A stretch of 64,000 nt of DNA from Pseudovirgaria hyperparasitica. Lineage: Eukaryota. The notes under the pieces were generated by a model. The model was not told the origin of the DNA. It was given only the letters and a program-made list of their open reading frames with translations, and ran no database searches. Positions 48,279 to 61,765 of this stretch are shown here, piece by piece (position 1 is the first letter of the stretch; each line of letters opens with the position of its first letter). A program made the position numbers and the translations under genes. Where the stretch lies: NCBI GenBank assembly GCA_010093815.1, contig ML996570.1, one strand, 5' to 3'.

Positions 48279-51200
48279 TTTTAATTCCTCTCTATATAGC
48301 ATGACGGTAGCTTATAGAGATAGCTCCTACTACGCGCTATAATACCCGTGGCACTACCTTATATAAGAGACTCTCTCTAAATCTAAACGAAGAGAATAGT
48401 CTCCCTACGACCACCTCCATCGATAAGTATACCCTATAGGCTATCGCACTAATAACTAGTACGGCATTCCGTATAACCGTGGAAGATTACCTAGATAATA
48501 AGAAAGGAGTCTATTATACTCCATCGCGGTCTAGTTTATACTATACTAGACCTATCCTTACTATAAGACTAGACCCTATTAACGTTAACGAATTAATTCG
48601 TTAGAACCGACTAACATTAACCACGCCTTACGATAATATATATACTAAGCTACACGCAGAGAGGTAGCGTTAGGCTTAGCTTAAGTAGTAACTTCGCGAA
48701 CTTAATAAAGCGTAAGGATAAACCGCTAGACTCGAAGCCGTACTACGCGCTTTAGTACTAGTAGTAACTAACCTATACTAATATAGACTAACTTAAGCCG
48801 AAACAGTCTAACTAAGTCTATTACTATCCTAGTTACCTCGGCCTAAGAAACTACCTTACTTCGACGGTAAAACCAGGAGGAGCTTTCACAAATGGGCTTA
48901 CTAGTATAGCCGATTCTTCCACCTATTCACGAACGATAGTAATAAGATTAGGTTTATATAGAACTACCTAGACCCAACGCTATCTAAACGTTAGATAGTA
49001 TATCGAATTAAACACCCTAAGGATGCGTATAACTAGGACATGTTTACTAAATTCCTTCTTTAATGCTTTGGCGATAGAGCCGAGCGACGCGAATAGGCTT
49101 AGAGCTATATCTTTAAGACTTAATAGCGAGAGAGATAATCCCCGTTATAACTCCTCGAATACCTCTAACCTCTTTAGAAAGAAGCTAAGGAAGATCGCAT
49201 GGTTCGATAATGCGACGACTTTAAAAGGTCCCTTAACCCGAGCGTAAAGGAATACATCGACCTTATAACGTCTATCTCTACCGACCTTTAGGCACTCGCG
49301 AATCTCGTAGAACGACATTAGTATATAATGAATAACTAACGTCGTATAGGCGCACGACTATCCCCATTAATCTAATCCGATATAAAATCGTCTAAAGAGG
49401 ACCGGTTTAGTAACAGATCGCGCGGAACACCTTATGGGCGCTACCACTCCACGAACTCGAGAAGACGAGGCCCGTACCGCGGATCCTTCTACTAGTCGAT
49501 ATATTAAGACGCGAGAAACGACTTATATAAACGACCTAAAGTTACCTACTACATCTATAGTAGGATAGGCTACATAGCACCCGAGTGCCGCTTAGAGAAA
49601 CCACCGAATACTAATATAGATACTAAGTTAGTTACATACTATAAGTGCTAGTAGCTAGGATATATCGCGCCTAACTACCCGGTATATAATATAAAAAACT
49701 AACTACCTACGAGGAACCCTCGCGACTTATAGATATAACTAAAATAGAGGGATAACTAGCTAACTAGTATATCGAACTATAGGCTAGGCCTATCAAGGTC
49801 TCTCGTGGATAACATTAGACCGTAATACTCGATAGCGGTTTAGCTACTAACGTTATATCGACTTAACGAGCACGAGAACTTAACGTTAATATTTAAGTAC
49901 TAATAGATACTACCTTCTATAGTATCGATGGTCCTATTAAATCGTAGGGTACCTATACTATTAAATACGGTATCTAGGACAGCGGGGGGAAGTGGAAACC
50001 CTACTACTCAACCTTTATCGTGGTAGATAGTCCCTTTAATATAATCCTCGGTATACCGTGGCTCGAAAAACATAACCCGAAACTAGACTTTATCTAGAAA
50101 ACAGCTAGCTAGCGCATGTACCTACTATAATGGAACCTAGTATAGCTAGTCAACGACAAATAATTCTAGAAGGACTATAAAAAGGTAATCTCCGCTATCT
50201 ACATCCTCTTACTTACTTAAAATAGAGAGCTTAGTATTAAAGTAGACGAAAACCTACTATATTAGTATAAAATATACTAACATATCGTATTAGCGATCGA
50301 CTCGTCTAAATTACCTTAATACTAACCTACTAACCTTACTATTAACCTCGAAGACGGTTAATAACCCCTATACGGACCTATATACCCTCTATTAGAACCC
50401 GAGCTATAGGTCCTCCGAGAATATATCGAAAAGAACCTTACGCGAGGATAGATTAGGCCTAGTATATCTCTAGCCGGAGCTCTAATCCTCTTTATAAAGA
50501 AGAAGGATAGGAGTCTCCGTCTATATATCGACTACCATAGCCTAAATAATATTACGTAAAAGAATTATTACCTACTACCTCTTATCTCCGAGTCTATTAA
50601 GAGACTAGGGCGCGCGAAGATCTTTACTAAGCTCGATCTATATAACGCCTACTACCGCCTACGTATTAAGAAGGGCGATAAGTAGAAAACGGCGTTTAGG
50701 ACCCGTTATAGACACTTCGAGTATATAGTGGTCCCTTTTAGACTAACTAACGCGCTAGGAACCTTCTAAGCGTATATTAATAACGCGCTAGTAGACCTAC
50801 TCGACACGACGTGCATTATATACCTTAATAACATCCTTATCTTCTCTAATAATAAAGAAGAACATATCTAGCACGTACGCGTAGTCCTAGATAGGCTAGA
50901 AAAACATAAGCTATATATTAAGCTATCTAAATACGAGTTCCACTAGGACTACGTTAACTTCCTTGGCTTCGTTATTACTAATTAAGATATAACTATAGAA
51001 AGGGATAGAGTCGCTACTATCGTGGACTAGCCTAAACCAAAATCGGTTTAAGATATACGTGTCTTTATTAGATTCGCTAATTACTACCGAAAATTCGTTA
51101 AGTATTTCTCCTGGCTAGTAGTACCGCTTAACGCGTGCACTACTACTATAGATTCGTCTATTACGGTCCGCGGTAGATAGAAATAGTATAATATTAAATC

Positions 51201-53949
51201 GTAGCCTATAGAATTATCGGAAGGCGAAAGGGCCTCCTTCGAGAAAATCAAAGAGGCATTTATAACTGTCCTATTGCTAGTGTACTTCGACCTAACTAAA
51301 CCTATCTACGTCGAAACCGACGCGTTAGAATTTATAATCTTAGGTATTCTCTCCTAGCCTAGACTAACTAAGTCTAAAAAGGTCTAATGGTATCTAGTTA
51401 CGTTCTTCTCACGTAAAATAGTCGATATTAAGACTAGATATACTATCTATGACTAAGAGCTACTAGTAATAGTAGAGTCGTTTAAATAGTGGCGATATTA
51501 TCTTAAAGGTGCCATGTATAACGTCGAGTTACTAACTAATTACTATAACTTAAAGGGGTTTATAAGCACGACGGTTTTAAACCGTCGATAGATCTAATGG
51601 GCTAAGTGGCTTACGAACTTTCACTTTATAATCTACTATTAACCTAGAAGTATAAACCTAGCTAATAGGATGTTAAGAAGACCTAACTATGAAGAAGGCG
51701 CCTAGGATTATAGTAGCTATAGGGTCCTAGAGTAGCTATAGACCCAACTCTTAAGGACGAGGTTGGATTTTAAGTTATTAGGCGATTAGCGAGATGCTAA
51801 CGTTAATGCCGGTAATCAAATCTCTAAGACCGAAGCCGGTAACTAAAGACGCGGTACCGAAGTCCCTAGTAGGCCGTTTATTAGCGCTATCGGGAAGGGC
51901 GATAATACCCGGCGTGAATATCTAATTAACCTCACCTAGTTAATCGTAGATCTATAGAAAATAGACCCGATAGTTTTAAAGTTATATAAAATATAGTAAG
52001 ATAGGTTATTATAGACTAAAGTAGACTATAAGTAGACCTTTATAGACGGCTTACTTTACTATAATAGAAAGTACTATATACTAACGGGTAACACGCGATT
52101 TAACGTAGTTAGCTAATACCATAACGCTAACCTAGTAGAATACTTTAGGTATATACGTACCCTAAGCTTAATTCGTTAGTACTATTTTTAGGAAGATATA
52201 CCTAAGTACATCGAAGAATAGATAGCTACTTATCCGATTTATTAAAGAATAAAGGCCCCTAGGCATAAGCTATATAGGAATTTATAGCCTCTTTCAGCCC
52301 CCCTCTTTATATAGGAAGACGTTACTATAGACTTTATAGTTAACTTACCTCTAAGCGAGATGCTTAGAATAAGTTATAATTCTATTCTTATTATTATAGA
52401 TAGACTTATAAAGATATCTAGGTATATCCCGGTGTAGAAGACGATTATATCTAAAGAACTAGCGTAGATGTTCTAGAACGAGATTATTAAGGTCCATAGT
52501 ATACTAAAAAGGATTATTACGGACCGAGGAAGTACCTTCACGTCTAAATTCTAGACGTTATTCTATAAAATAGTAAGTATAAATAGAAATATATCTATAG
52601 TATTTTATCCTTAGACGGATGGCTAGACAGAGCGATAGAACTAGACGCTTAAGGCCTATCTACGTGTATTCTATAATTTCGAGTAGGACGACTAGGCCTC
52701 CCTACTAAGTATAGTAGAGTTCGTATATAATAATAGTCGTTATAGTATAATAGGTATTACACCTTTCTAGGCGAACCTCAGACGCAGTCTAAGGATAGGT
52801 TTTAAGCCTTAGACGGTCTAATTTAATCGAATAATAGACGTGAACGTCCACGCTTAGGAATTGGCGATTAAAATCTTCGAAACCGTACGTAACTATCGCG
52901 CTATAATCTAATAAGTAAACGACTCGTATACGAAGTACTATAATAGGTTAGCTAAGGATTAGACGTACGAGGAGGGCGACGAGGTCCTTCTTAATATCCG
53001 TAATATATGAATATCGCGAGTAAATAAGAAGCTCGATTATAAAATAGCTGGTCCCTTCCGAATTAAACGTCGCATTAGTATAAGAGTCTATAAGCTCGAC
53101 TTAGAAAGCGATATAAGAATCTATAACGTGTTCCACGTCTTACTACTCGAAAGATTTTAACCTAACGTATATAGCCGCACGAACGTGTAGTTACACTCTA
53201 TTATACCCTAAGATAGACTAGACGTGTTCGAAGTAGACTATATTATCGAACATAGAATCGATAAAGACGGTGTTTAGAAATATAGAATCCGGTAGAAGGA
53301 CTACACTAAGGACGAGGACATCTAGGAACTAGCGGTATATATCTTAAGTTCTATAATGGCTACGTATAAGTAAAAGATATAGAATAGCGTATTATTAACG
53401 TAAGTATAGCGACGTCGCGGTCGTCGTAAAAAGAAGAAGGATACCGTAGAGAACGAAGTGCTAAACTAGGAAATCCAGACGCGCACTAGGAAAACTCTAT
53501 ATAGCAGCCCTATAATTTAAGCGTCGCACGGTTACTAGACGCGAAGAAAGCGTAAATAACCATTTTAGGAACGCGACGCGATATACCATAATAGAATAAT
53601 ATAGAAGAGTCTAGAATAGACTAATATAGACTATTATACACGAGAAAAATATAGGACTAAGAACCTAAAAAAAAGGTACCCTACCATAGAATTAAACTCT
53701 TAACACGAAATATAAAAGGTTAGAGTACCTAAACTAATAACTACTAGGCCACTAGTTCGGGTACTCTAATGGAATTCATAGAGATAAACTAATTTATATA
53801 CGGTGCCCATACTTAGGTAACTTAAGGAAAATTAGAATATAGAAACCGATAGTCATAAGCTAAGCAAGCGCATACATAATATCGTTAAGTTAAGAATTAA
53901 ATTACTAGAAACTGGCTAACGGGTATCTAAACGGTCTAAAAAGGACTAA

Positions 53950-55600
53950 AACGGATAGAAGCTAGGTAAATAGAGCCGGCGCGCACTACCTATAGTAGAT
54001 CTAGAATATATAGAGCTAGGCATAGAGCTAATATATAGAGCTAGACCATAGAGCTAACACATAGAGCTAAACCTATAGAGCTAGAACTATAGAGCTACTC
54101 CTCTATCTTATTATCTATCCTAACCTCTAGCGTAGTCCTCTCTAACCGCACGATATAGTAGTAGAGGATAACGACCTTAGCCTCTAGAGTAATAACCCGA
54201 TCCGTTAGAGCCTAGAGGGAAGAGCCTTAAGCGCCGGAGCGTAGCGACTAGGTCTAAAGTTAGCTAATATAATCTAGAATAATCTAGAAGGGAATATATA
54301 CCCTCTTACGAGGCGACTTAGAGGGAGAAATAGTAGACCTCTTATAAGATCCGTTAGTAGCGTAAGACGGATAGGGGGGGATAGAGCGAATCCTCTCTAC
54401 GGCCTCTATAGCTAGGATAGACTCCCTAGAATAGGTAGCCTAGGCGCTAGGGATCTTGCGGCGGCTAGAAAAATCAATAGGTGTTAAAAACAATTAACGT
54501 GCTCGTAACTTATACTTTAATAACCTCTAGGAAGAGCTTATAGCGCTCCCTAAACTCCCTCTATATAGTAGGCAGGCGGCTATAAGGACCCCTAAGGGTC
54601 TCGCGGACGCGAAGATCGTTATATACATCTTATATACGCATAGGAACCTAAGAATATATTAGCGCGGACTACTTTAGATTACACTAGATTAAGATAGCCT
54701 ATTATACTCACCTATAGATAAGTCTTACTAGTTACGGTATAGCGGCGGTAGCGGGTAGGTAGAGTAAAGATAGGGTATATAGGCCCGTCGCGGTTAGTAG
54801 AGTAGTAGCTAATACTAGAGTTAGAGCGAAAGAGATATTTAGAGCCGGCCGCATGGCCCTTAATACACTTATAGTATATCGAACCGTAGTTCGCCGTTTT
54901 CCTATGGCGTAACCCGCGACTACGTTTAGTATCCTCGGCGACCTAGGCCTTATTATTAGTAGGCTAGGGTTTAGAGCGAATATTAAGGTCCTAAAAGGAC
55001 CTAGAGCGACTAAATTAGTCTATGTTAGACCGGAAGGAAGAGCGGCGAGGCGGCGGCATAGGTGAGCGTAAGGGCTCGCGATTATCGTCTATGACGAGAT
55101 CTTCTTTATCCTCTAGAGGAGGTAGAGTAGGCGGCGTACGCTTTAGAGCGAGAGGGGAACCTATAACCACTTCATCTATAAGTTTAGTACTAGGATTACC
55201 TAGATTAGAGCGACTAGTAGCTATATTAGTGGTAGAGGCAGTAGTAGTAGTAGCCCTAGCTACTCTCTTCTCCGACTTAGAGCGCGCCTTCGTACTACCG
55301 CGATAGATAGGCTTCTTAGCCGGCGTGGCCGGGGAGGAGGTAATACCTTTAGAGCGAGTCTTACGAGAGGAGGAGGCAGGCTTAGAGATAGAACTAGTAT
55401 TAGATATCTATATATATATATTAGCTAGAGATCTAAGGAAGGAATATTTATCTACCCTTAACGGCGATTAACGAAGCTAAATTAGTAACTATAATAACGC
55501 GAATAGGTTACATTAGACCGGTTCTAATAAGAATAGACCACTATAGACCCTTCTAAACCTAAACTAGGAAAGATAGTATATAAATTAACGACTTACCTTA
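53950..55600 (-). pseudogene. Spliced antisense accessory gene inside Gypsy B (Cys-rich + coiled-coil; limits approximate)
   Basis: Minus-strand introns with donor/branch/acceptor signals, e.g. GTGAGT(54711)..GCTAAT..TTAG(54648), plus ones near 55455-55408 and 54515-54465. De-RIPed peptides CKCIKGH..C..CC..RCRRCTVTGKTC and LTDRVITLEAKVV. Confidence 0.55.
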
Positions 55601-55886
55601 AGAGCGAGGTAGATATACTAGAGAATAAAATTAAAGGCGAGCGGAGCTAAATATATACTTAACTAAAGTAGCGATTATATATTCTAGGTAGTAGCCACGA
55701 AGTAAGGGATAAGCGCGTGCATAAACTAGTAAAAGTGAACTAGAATCTCGAGTTCACCTATATTAAGGATAGTTATAACGTTATAGGAACTTAGTTATAG
55801 ATATATAGGTACACGATAGATTATAGAGACTTAGGATTATATATACTTAAGTGCTTCGGGGCGAAGCATAAAAAGAAGAAGGATAT

Positions 55887-56124
55887 TATTAGAACGGGAA
55901 CGATAATAGACCTATATAGACTATTCTAATCCATGTAGCCACGTAGTGGCTAGAGCTAGATTAAGTTAGCTAAGTTAAGCGAGGTCACTATATAAGTAGA
56001 CCGCATAAACCGATTCCTACTCGTTAGGAATCAACCTCGTATAAGAGTAAGATTACTCTATAAATACATTCCTATATCTCTCTATAAACTATTAGACTAC
56101 TATCCTACGTCTTCACTCTTTACA
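55887..56124 (+). repeat. 3' LTR of Gypsy B
   Basis: Direct repeat of 48041-48278, ends TTTACA followed by TSD CTAGT. Confidence 0.93.
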
Positions 56125-59100
56125 CTAGTTATATATCCTTCGGATTAAATTAACTATCCTTATAATACTAAAGTACTCTACTAACGCGTAATTATACTAT
56201 TCCCTTAAAATATTAATTTATAAGCCGCCTTCTAGCACATAGAGTCAGCCTTAGAAGTAGATCACATCTAATCATCATTTCTACCTTAATAACTACAGCA
56301 GATCTATAGCACTTCCTTTTATACTTATAACTTTCTTTACTAATATATTAGAATTCTAGATAGATTTAATTAAGTCTTTAAGGGTTTTCTTAGTTTCTTA
56401 GACGTTTATTTAGATTACTTAATACCTACTCTAATTCCCGCGGAGAATCGCCGAAAGTATTCTAGCTTCTAGTATTCTATTAGATAACTAGTCTTATAGT
56501 ATCTAAAGTATAGTATAGTCTAACTTATACCGACTATCTACGTCATTCTATAATAATTTCTTATAATCTTTACGCCGCGATAGAGGATTAGCTTTATTCT
56601 CTCTTCTAGCTTTATATAAGATTTTAAAGTTAAATATTAATATCTACTTAGCCTAACGTACTTATTAGTAATTAAGAACCTTAGTTAATATAAAGTAATA
56701 TAGATTTACGTAATCTAATAATAATTTAATCTAATATATAGAGCCTTCTAAATAATATCGCTATTACTTAAAACTCTTAATAATTATAAGTAGTTTCTAG
56801 TCGTACGTGTTATAACGCGTCTCTATATCTACTATTTTATAGAAAAAGAAAGCGACCGGGTACTATTACACCTTATCTTTCGTGTCTTTATATAGTTAAC
56901 TAATAATTCTAGTAATTATAAATTCTAACGCGTTAGTTTCGACCTAAATATACTTCTTAGAATTAAAATACCTAAGAATCGGTATAGTTATAAAGTAATT
57001 CTTTAATGATCGGAACGTATCTCGCGCTTCCGGTATTAACTATATCTTAACCGACTTAGCTTTATACTATACTCGCCTATCTATAGAGATTTTACCGCTA
57101 TTCTCTATAAGTTTATTAAGCGGCGCCGTAATTCGTAAGAAGCCTATAATAAATTTATAATAATAGTTTACGAAACCTATAAATATTCTAATTTAACGTA
57201 TAGTAGTAGGTTCTAGCCATTCTATAATAGTCTTTATACGCTCCGGCTCTATTTTTAGGCCGCTATATATTATAATAAAGCTAAGAAACCTAACTTCTTA
57301 TTAGTAAAACTCGTATTTAGATAATTTTATATAGAGTTTATACTACCTTAGATGATTTAGTACTAATTTTATATATTCTTTATAATTCTATATACTATTA
57401 GAGTAAATTAGTATATTATTAAGATAAACTACGTAAATCACGTTAAGTAATCCTATGAGTATAGTATTAATATATCCTTAAAACGCTCCTAGCGCATTTA
57501 TTAGCCCGAATAGTATAATAGTATACTTAAAATAACTATATCTAGTCCGAAATGTAGTTTTCTACTTATCTCTACGACGAATTTAAAGCCGGTAATATAT
57601 ATCTCGTAAATCTAGCTTTATAAAGTACTTTACCTTTATTAATTAGTCTAAAGATTTACTAACTAGCGGTAATAGATAACGATTCTTCTTAGTTACCGTA
57701 TTTAGTACCTAATAGTCGACGTATAGATATAAACTTCCGTCTTTCTTCTTTATAAAGAGAATAGGTATACTAGCCGATAACGTACTATAATATATCTAGT
57801 CTCTTCTAAGGTATTCTTCGATATATTTATAAAGAACTTTAAGTTCTAGTCTTAAAAGTAGATAAAGTAGGCTATAAGGGACGTCTACTCTCTCTTTAAG
57901 CTTAATCTTTAGCTTATACGGCCCGTAATTAGGGAGAAGTAATATATCTTCTACCGAAAACACATCTATATACTATAAATATATATCGGGTAGCGTGTCT
58001 TCGCTCTAATTATTACTATTATCCTCGTCTTTATTAATAATTAATAAGGATATAAGATAGATTAGTAACGATTAGGTCCGTACGGCGAGGTTCTATGCCT
58101 CCTTACTAATAGTTATAATTTACTAGTATAATTTACTATAGTATTATTAGAATATTAATATCTCCTTCTAAAAATTAAGAATAGAGTTTAGGTATCTAAG
58201 CTAAGGTATCCCTAGAATCATATTCTATTAGCTAATATTAGCCACGATAAATTTATTAGACATCTACTATTTTATTATCTTTAAGTTATGAACTTCGTAA
58301 TTCGTTATAGCTTTACCTAAAGTTCTAACTTTATATCTATTAACTATAATAGTTCGGCCAACTTTACTAAGATCGTATAATAATCTATACTCCTTTATAA
58401 GAATTAATAAAATATAGTTATCTTCTATACTAGTATCTATGAGAGCCTATATAGTTTTATTACTATTTACTATAGATAATAATACTTTTAGTAATATTAG
58501 ATCTTTACTCGCCGGAAGGCGCTATAGCTCCTCCTAAGTATATATAATTTAGCTAAGAACGTGGTTAGATCTCGTGTACTAGTCTATTCTTTTTTCGGAT
58601 TCTTATAGTTAGGTAAAATATATTCTATTTCTCTATACTTATAGTAACGAAGTACGCTATAATTCTACTATTTTATAATAGGTATTATATTTAAGCCTAT
58701 ATCTTATTCTTTTCCGCGTTAAGAAGTACTACCTTAATTATTTTAGTATCCTCTTAACGCGTTTCTACCCTAATTTATACTCTTCTAGCGCTAATCGCGG
58801 TAAGGTTACTCTTAATTAAACGTATTTAATTAACCTCGTTTCTAACCCGTATAGGGTTCGTTAGTTTTACCTAGAGAGCCGCGTTTCTTAAGGATATAGT
58901 AGTATTTATTAGCTTTCTTCTCTAATTTATATAGATAGTTAAAACTTAATAATACTATTTCTAGTCTTTTGCGGATTAACGGAAGTAGTACTTTACGAAA
59001 CTAGAATATATAAATATTTTCCTATAGTATAGGGATATTATTCTATAGGTTTTAGAGGTATTATAGTAGTTAAGTAGATATCTAGTTCGGTTATTATACC

Positions 59101-59931
59101 ACGCTTCTTAACTTAGATAGTACCTTTCTTTTACGTTCTCTATCCGTTCCGAGGGTATTTAGTATAAATATAGCTAAATATTCCTAGGTTATCGTAGATA
59201 GTAGCTATACTTCTTTCTATCTATTCTATTAATTATAGGATTATAAGCCTAGATATTATTCTCTAAATAAAATATATTATACTTTAGTAGAAAAGAGTAG
59301 AGGGTTATTTAGGAAGTACTTTTCGTAGTCTCTCTTCTAGTCTTTCTACTCCTTTTAGTTCTTCTCTATAAATATAGTCGGGTCTTTAGATTTTAGTATA
59401 CCTAGAGAAGGAGTAGGGTAAATCGGTAATGAAGCGGCTAGGTATATAGTAGATTATTATAACTCTAATAGTAGGTAAACTAATTCCGCCTAAATTAGTA
59501 TAGAGAGTCGTCTATCTACTATCGTTTAGCGTAGTTCTTTAAGAGACTCCTTAAGTTCTCGTCTCTTTATAAGGAGTTTTACGCGTTCTATCTATTCTTT
59601 AAGGGTTTAAATCTCTTAAGCCTAATTTATAACGTATTCCTAAAGTTTAGTAATAGTTTATTATAATACCTTACGTGGCTCCGCCACGACTCGTTATCCG
59701 GCTTTATATTATTAGAAGTTACTTAGCGTATCTACTATTTCTTTATCTAAAAGCTCCGTGATTTAGTCTAATATTTCTACTTCTTAGTTAGAAATAGCTA
59801 GAATTAATACTAATTATAGAGGATCCCTATTATTTAATATAGTATTACTTATCTCTATAGTAGATCATATCGACCTTCTTAGTTCTAGTTAGACTATCTT
59901 AACTATAGTACTATATAGAGAGTAATTCGAA

Positions 59932-60159
59932 TATAAGAATAGGGTTATTAGATAGTAGTATAGTTAGATAGAATAATAGGGTATATTCTATTATAGAATA
60001 AATTACTACCGAACTCTTTTAGTAGAAATCTAAGAGTATATATATAAAGAGACGCCGATCTATCTAGTACGTAACTATTTACCGCCCTTCCCGCTACCTT
60101 CTAACCCTATTAGCTAAGGTACGTGCGGATTAGGTTATACCTAAGGCTAAGTTCTAATA
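59932..60159 (-). repeat. 5' LTR of Gypsy A
   Basis: Direct repeat of 22113-22340. Confidence 0.9.
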
Positions 60160-60408
60160 GATAGGCTATATAGATATATAGACGTAGACATAGTAAAATT
60201 TAATATATTAACTTAAATAGGCGAAAATCGAGTATATATATAATCTTATCACGGACGGCGTGCTTACGTAAGGCTAATATAAAAGTATACTCGTGAGTTT
60301 CTCTACGGATTCGAACGATTTAGCTAATATAGAGATAGGCTATATAGATATATAGACGTGGATATGGTAAAATTTAATATATTAACTTAAATGGGCGAAA
60401 ATCGAGTA
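60160..60408. repeat. 75-bp direct repeat (60160-60234 and 60334-60408) within the hAT remnant
   Basis: GATAGGCTATATAGATATATAGACGT..GGCGAAAATCGAGTA occurs twice, 174 bp apart. Confidence 0.85.
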
Positions 60409-61004
60409 AATTATACCTATTTTTAAGACTTTTAGCCACTTCTACGGATATACTTTAGTCTAGTCTAGTTTAACTTTAATTCTACTACTAGGATTAATAG
60501 TTTAATCTAATTCTACGACGGCTAGGATTAAAGTACTTTAGTCTAGTTTAACTAGAGGCCCAAAGTTGAACTGAACTAATTGATAGGAAGTCTAGTCTAA
60601 CATTCTCGAATAAAAATCGTACCTTACTGGGACGAATACCGTTCTAGTCGCTGCTGATCTAGGCTAAGTTATCTGGGGACCTGTATCAAGCAACTGAACC
60701 GAAAAAAGGGGCTGTGCATGATACTGAAAAACAACAAATCATAGATCACCTCAAGAACATCGCCTTTGCACCCTGTTAAGAAATTGAGATATACTAAAAG
60801 ATTCTGTAATAGTCTTCTGTATGTTGTTCCATTGTTATTGCTGGGCATAGATGGGGACCTGATCACCCCTGAGTCTGAAATCTTCGCTTGTCCGCCCTCG
60901 AGAAGTTCACCCAGGTACTAAGTTGTCATGGACAAGGAAGTATTTCCCACAAGCGATACAGAAAATGTTTGGTCTTGTATCAAATTCTGGTATATAGCTG
61001 AATG

Positions 61005-61765
61005 CTACAGCGCAGCCAGGCATCTGACTTTGCTTTGGAGGCGACTTCTCAACTCGTTGTTGGTTCTAGCCAAGCTGTTTACAAGCTCGACGTCAAAATC
61101 ACCCGTGTCACGCATCACTTGGCTGAATTGGCCATCTTTTGCTAGAATCGTGTCGATATTGCGCGTAACAATGTCCAAGACGATGTCGCGCAGTGCGCGA
61201 TGATGTGCGGGTGTAGAAGTGTACACGAAGCGTACAGATTCGACAAAGGACGGCGAATTCCATATCTTACTGGCGAGAGACTGGAAATTTGTAGTTGCGA
61301 GCAGACATAATTCCCCAATGGAGTATTTGGTTGCAACTGCGAAGACGGAAATATGAAGGAAGGATGCGGCAGGTGATGACATATCAAACGTATAGGTCAT
61401 AGAGTAGAAGAACTCCAGCAAGGCCTGAATAGCGAGCGGATCGTCATTCGGGAGGTCGATCTCGTCAGAGACATACTAGGTAAAAATTTCGATCAGTAAA
61501 ATGATACTATGGAGCTCCGAGATGATTACCGCCTGCACCCAGTCTTACCTCGACATTGGCCAAGCAGAGGTCCGCAAAGTCTTGACATTGACTGCATACG
61601 ATAACCTTGTGTACGTTGAAGATTTTGTTCTTACAACGGATAGTCAGATCTGAATACTGCCCAGTCGTGAATGTCCTGTTGATAGAGTCTCAGCTTCGTG
61701 ATCGCAAGACGTGGAGTCTGAAGAGTTGGTGCATACGTGCTGATCTGTGCAAAGCCATGATCCAT
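61005..61765 (-). CDS. BTB/POZ domain protein, three exons
   Basis: Spliced reading MDHGFAQISTTFTTGQYSDLTIRCKNKIFNVHKVIVCSQC..IDLPNDDPLAIQALLEFFYSMTY..VFAVATKYSIGELCLLA; canonical GT..AG introns. Confidence 0.82.

Larger units (their letters stand above)
48041..56124 (+). mobile_element. Gypsy chromovirus B, full length 8084 bp, RIP-inactivated
   Basis: 238-bp LTRs at 48041-48278 and 55887-56124 (TGTTAG...TTTACA); TSD CTAGT; PPT AAAAGAAGAAGGA. gag from ATG 48301 with two CCHC knuckles (~49548-49680) and slippery AAAAAAC ~49693. Protease ILDSG ~49825, RT YLDDILI ~50821, RNase H VETDAS ~51310, integrase TDGQTER ~52615, chromodomain YRIRWKDYTEDEDIWE ~53281. Confidence 0.95.
22113..60159 (-). 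mobile_element. Gypsy chromovirus A (about 7.4 kb own sequence in four pieces: 22113-22645, 44590-47233, 47865-48040, 56130-60159), RIP-inactivated
   Basis: 228-bp LTRs at 22113-22340 and 59932-60159. De-RIPed minus-strand motifs: gag knuckle CYKCGEIGH ~58640, protease ALIDTGA ~58440, RT VVYLDDILIYS ~57420, RNase H VETDAS ~56935, integrase TDGQTER ~46975, chromodomain YEVEQIL..WKEYDPNEDTWEP ~46270-46390. PPT at 22341-22357. Confidence 0.9.
21468..60594. mobile_element. Non-autonomous hAT-type TIR element (own sequence about 21468-22110 + 60160-60594) hosting 38 kb of nested insertions
   Basis: 8-bp TSD GTCTAACA at 21460-21467 and 60595-60602. TIR CAGAGTTCCTATCAATCAGTCCA vs TAGACTTCCTATCAATTAGTTCA (19/23). 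Subterminal AGTCTAGTTTAACT repeats at both ends. Ends coincide with the compositional boundaries. Confidence 0.88.

Noticed and set aside
32782..55306. Short ORF-track calls inside the AT-rich block (32782, 35502, 38810, 40011-41011, 49023, 55022)
   Set aside because: Chance openings in RIP-mutated or tandem-repeat sequence, mostly wrong frame or strand; not intact genes.
21468..60594. Starship or other tyrosine-recombinase giant element as the explanation of the island
   Set aside because: I recognised no DUF3435 captain at either end; the ends are TIR/TSD structures of hAT and Plavaka type.
21468..60594. Centromere
   Set aside because: Cannot be shown from sequence; the block is fully explained as a nested insertion at one TSD-defined site.
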